A stretch of 26,907 nucleotides of DNA from a virus (Duplodnaviria > Heunggongvirae > Uroviricota > Caudoviricetes): the IMG/VR virus record IMGVR_UViG_2778261676_000004. The stretch is one strand, 5' to 3'. This document shows, one piece after another, positions 24,002 through 26,907 of this stretch (position 1 is the stretch's first letter; each line of letters opens with the position of its first letter). Under the pieces are notes generated by a model. That model saw nothing but the letters and a program-made list of their open reading frames with translations, searched no databases and had not been told where the DNA came from. The position numbers and the translations under genes were made by a program.

Positions 24002-26326
24002 ATGGCAGTAAAAATTTCAGGAGTCCTGAAAGACGGCACAGGAAAACCGGTACAGAACTGCACCATTCAGCTGAAAGCCAGACGTAACAGCACCACGGTG
24101 GTGGTGAACACGGTGGGCTCAGAGAATCCGGATGAAGCCGGGCGTTACAGCATGGATGTGGAGTACGGTCAGTACAGTGTCATCCTGCAGGTTGACGGTT
24201 TTCCACCATCGCACGCCGGGACCATCACCGTGTATGAAGATTCACAACCGGGGACGCTGAATGATTTTCTCTGTGCCATGACGGAGGATGATGCCCGGCC
24301 GGAGGTGCTGCGTCGTCTTGAACTGATGGTGGAAGAGGTGGCGCGTAACGCGTCCGTGGTGGCACAGAGTACGGCAGACGCGAAGAAATCAGCCGGCGAT
24401 GCCAGTGCATCAGCTGCTCAGGTCGCGGCCCTTGTGACTGATGCAACTGACTCAGCACGCGCCGCCAGCACGTCCGCCGGACAGGCTGCATCGTCAGCTC
24501 AGGAAGCGTCCTCCGGCGCAGAAGCGGCATCAGCAAAGGCCACTGAAGCGGAAAAAAGTGCCGCAGCCGCAGAGTCCTCAAAAAACGCGGCGGCCACCAG
24601 TGCCGGTGCGGCGAAAACGTCAGAAACGAATGCTGCAGCGTCACAACAATCAGCCGCCACGTCTGCCTCCACCGCGGCCACGAAAGCGTCAGAGGCCGCC
24701 ACTTCAGCACGAGATGCGGTGGCCTCAAAAGAGGCAGCAAAATCATCAGAAACGAACGCATCATCAAGTGCCGGTCGTGCAGCTTCCTCGGCAACGGCGG
24801 CAGAAAATTCTGCCAGGGCGGCAAACACGTCCGAGACGAATGCCAGGTCATCTGAAACAGCAGCGGAACGGAGCGCCTCTGCCGCGGCAGACGCAAAAAC
24901 AGCGGCGGCGGGGAGTGCGTCAACGGCATCCACGAAGGCGACAGAGGCTGCGGGAAGTGCGGTATCAGCATCGCAGAGCAAAAGTGCGGCAGAAGCGGCG
25001 GCAATACGTGCAGAAAATTCGGCAAAACGTGCAGAAGATATAGCTTCAGCTGTCGCGCTTGAGGATGCGGACACAACGAGAAAGGGGATAGTGCAGCTCA
25101 GCAGTGCAACCAACAGCACGTCTGAAACGCTTGCTGCAACGCCAAAGGCGGTTAAGGTGGTAATGGATGAAACGAACAGAAAAGCCCCACTGGACAGTCC
25201 GGCACTGACCGGAACGCCAACAGCACCAACCGCGCTCAGGGGAACAAACAATACCCAGATTGCGAACACCGCTTTTGTACTGGCCGCGATTGCAGATGTT
25301 ATCGACGCGTCACCTGACGCACTGAATACGCTGAATGAACTGGCCGCAGCGCTCGGGAATGATCCAGATTTTGCTACCACCATGACTAACGCGCTTGCGG
25401 GTAAACAACCGAAGAATGCGACACTGACGGCGCTGGCAGGGCTTTCCACGGCGAAAAATAAATTACCGTATTTTGCGGAAAATGATGCCGCCAGCCTGAC
25501 TGAACTGACTCAGGTTGGCAGGGATATTCTGGCAAAAAATTCCGTTGCAGATGTTCTTGAATACCTTGGGGCCGGAGAGAATTCGGCCTTTCCGGCAGGT
25601 GCGCCGATCCCGTGGCCATCAGATATCGTTCCGTCTGGCTACGTCCTGATGCAGGGGCAGGCGTTTGACAAATCAGCCTACCCAAAACTTGCTGTCGCGT
25701 ATCCATCGGGTGTGCTTCCTGATATGCGAGGCTGGACAATCAAGGGGAAACCCGCCAGCGGTCGTGCTGTATTGTCTCAGGAACAGGATGGAATTAAGTC
25801 GCACACCCACAGTGCCAGTGCATCCGGTACGGATTTGGGGACGAAAACCACATCGTCGTTTGATTACGGGACGAAAACAACAGGCAGTTTCGATTACGGC
25901 ACCAAATCGACGAATAACACGGGGGCTCATGCTCACAGTCTGAGCGGTTCAACAGGGGCCGCGGGTGCTCATGCCCACACAAGTGGTTTAAGGATGAACA
26001 GTTCTGGCTGGAGTCAGTATGGAACAGCAACCATTACAGGAAGTTTATCCACAGTTAAAGGAACCAACACACAGGGTATTGCTTATTTATCGAAAACGGA
26101 CAGTCAGGGCAGCCACAGTCACTCATTGTCCGGTACAGTCGTGAGTGCCGGTGCACATGCGCATACAGTTGGTATTGGTGCGCACCAGCATCCGGTTGTT
26201 ATCGGTGCTCATGCCCATTCTTTCAGTATTGGTTCACACGGACACACCATCACCGTTAACGCTGCGGGTAACGCGGAAAACACCGTCAAAAACATTGCAT
26301 TTAACTATATTGTGAGGCTTGCATAA
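24002..26326 (+). CDS. stf: Side tail fibre protein Stf
   Basis: N-terminus [26 protein letters not shown] matches lambda Stf as recalled; long Ala/Ser-rich repeat region and Gly/His-rich C-terminal repeats (GAHAH, SHSHS). Confidence 0.9.
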   Translation: MAVKISGVLKDGTGKPVQNCTIQLKARRNSTTVVVNTVGSENPDEAGRYSMDVEYGQYSVILQVDGFPPSHAGTITVYEDSQPGTLNDFLCAMTEDDARPEVLRRLELMVEEVARNASVVAQSTADAKKSAGDASASAAQVAALVTDATDSARAASTSAGQAASSAQEASSGAEAASAKATEAEKSAAAAESSKNAAATSAGAAKTSETNAAASQQSAATSASTAATKASEAATSARDAVASKEAAKSSETNASSSAGRAASSATAAENSARAANTSETNARSSETAAERSASAAADAKTAAAGSASTASTKATEAAGSAVSASQSKSAAEAAAIRAENSAKRAEDIASAVALEDADTTRKGIVQLSSATNSTSETLAATPKAVKVVMDETNRKAPLDSPALTGTPTAPTALRGTNNTQIANTAFVLAAIADVIDASPDALNTLNELAAALGNDPDFATTMTNALAGKQPKNATLTALAGLSTAKNKLPYFAENDAASLTELTQVGRDILAKNSVADVLEYLGAGENSAFPAGAPIPWPSDIVPSGYVLMQGQAFDKSAYPKLAVAYPSGVLPDMRGWTIKGKPASGRAVLSQEQDGIKSHTHSASASGTDLGTKTTSSFDYGTKTTGSFDYGTKSTNNTGAHAHSLSGSTGAAGAHAHTSGLRMNSSGWSQYGTATITGSLSTVKGTNTQGIAYLSKTDSQGSHSHSLSGTVVSAGAHAHTVGIGAHQHPVVIGAHAHSFSIGSHGHTITVNAAGNAENTVKNIAFNYIVRLA

Positions 26327-26907
26327 TGGCATTCAGAATGAGTGAACAACCACGGACCATAAAAATTTATAATCTGCTGGCCGGAACTAATGAATTTATT
26401 GGTGAAGGTGACGCATATATTCCGCCTCATACCGGTCTGCCTGCAAACAGTACCGATATTGCACCGCCAGATATTCCGGCTGGCTTTGTGGCTGTTTTCA
26501 ACAGTGATGAGGCATCGTGGCATCTCGTTGAAGACCATCGGGGTAAAACCGTCTATGACGTGGCTTCCGGCGACGCGTTATTTATTTCTGAACTCGGTCC
26601 GTTACCGGAAAATTTTACCTGGTTATCGCCGGGAGGGGAATATCAGAAGTGGAACGGCACAGCCTGGGTGAAGGATACGGAAGCAGAAAAACTGTTCCGG
26701 ATCCGGGAGGCGGAAGAAACAAAAAACAACCTGATGCAGGTAGCCAGTGAGCATATTGCGCCGCTTCAGGATGCTGCAGATCTGGAAATTGCAACGGAGG
26801 AAGAAACCTCGTTGCTGGAAGCCTGGAAGAAGTATCGGGTATTGCTGAACCGTGTTGATACATCAACTGCACCTGATATTGAGTGGCCGACTTCACCTGC
26901 AGAGTAA
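26326..26907 (+). CDS. tfa: Tail fibre assembly protein Tfa
   Basis: [54 protein letters not shown] matches lambda Tfa as recalled; start overlaps the stf stop (ATAATGG); stop at 26905-26907. Confidence 0.9.
   Translation: MAFRMSEQPRTIKIYNLLAGTNEFIGEGDAYIPPHTGLPANSTDIAPPDIPAGFVAVFNSDEASWHLVEDHRGKTVYDVASGDALFISELGPLPENFTWLSPGGEYQKWNGTAWVKDTEAEKLFRIREAEETKNNLMQVASEHIAPLQDAADLEIATEEETSLLEAWKKYRVLLNRVDTSTAPDIEWPTSPAE

Noticed and set aside
24225-25449. Two long minus-strand ORFs (283 and 316 aa) inside stf
   Set aside because: They lie antisense within the Ala/Ser-rich repeat region of a well-supported tail-fibre gene; open frames on the opposite strand are expected for such GC-rich repetitive codons, and their translations are low-complexity.
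1-26907. CRISPR arrays and tRNA/tmRNA genes
   Set aside because: No regularly spaced direct repeats with unique spacers were seen. No cloverleaf-like tRNA candidates were found next to int or in the post-Q region where lambdoid phages often carry them. This was a visual scan, not a tRNAscan run.

Overview
This window reads as one defective lambdoid prophage of an Escherichia-like enterobacterium, running from the integration module to the tail-fibre genes. All family assignments below come from reading the ORF translations and recalling known protein families; no database search was run. Order along the window: a lambda-family integrase and excisionase-like gene (minus strand), a large 3'-5' exonuclease, a dicB-type early-left operon (YdfA-, YdfB-like, a DicF-like sRNA, DicB, YdfD-like), a cI-like repressor with divergent Cro-like and YdaT-like genes, and an O-like replication initiator carrying GTCACG iterons. 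An AT-rich cargo island follows (about 9.3-14.7 kb) with two large proteins I cannot place in any family, a Hok/Gef-type toxin gene, and an HTH-XRE/ImmA-type metallopeptidase pair. Downstream are a nin-like region (DUF968/HNH-like protein, RusA, antiterminator Q), a candidate late promoter and leader terminator, cargo in the post-Q position (ORF6N-domain protein, AraC-family regulator), a lysis cassette (two membrane proteins plus a GH108-type endolysin), bor and a YbcV-like gene. The morphogenetic genes are absent: a gpW-like N-terminus is fused in frame to the C-terminal part of tail protein J, lom is frameshifted, and stf and tfa are intact. The best candidate for an undescribed system is the two-gene AT-rich cassette at 9531-12519, which sits in the post-replication hotspot next to toxin/antitoxin-like modules.
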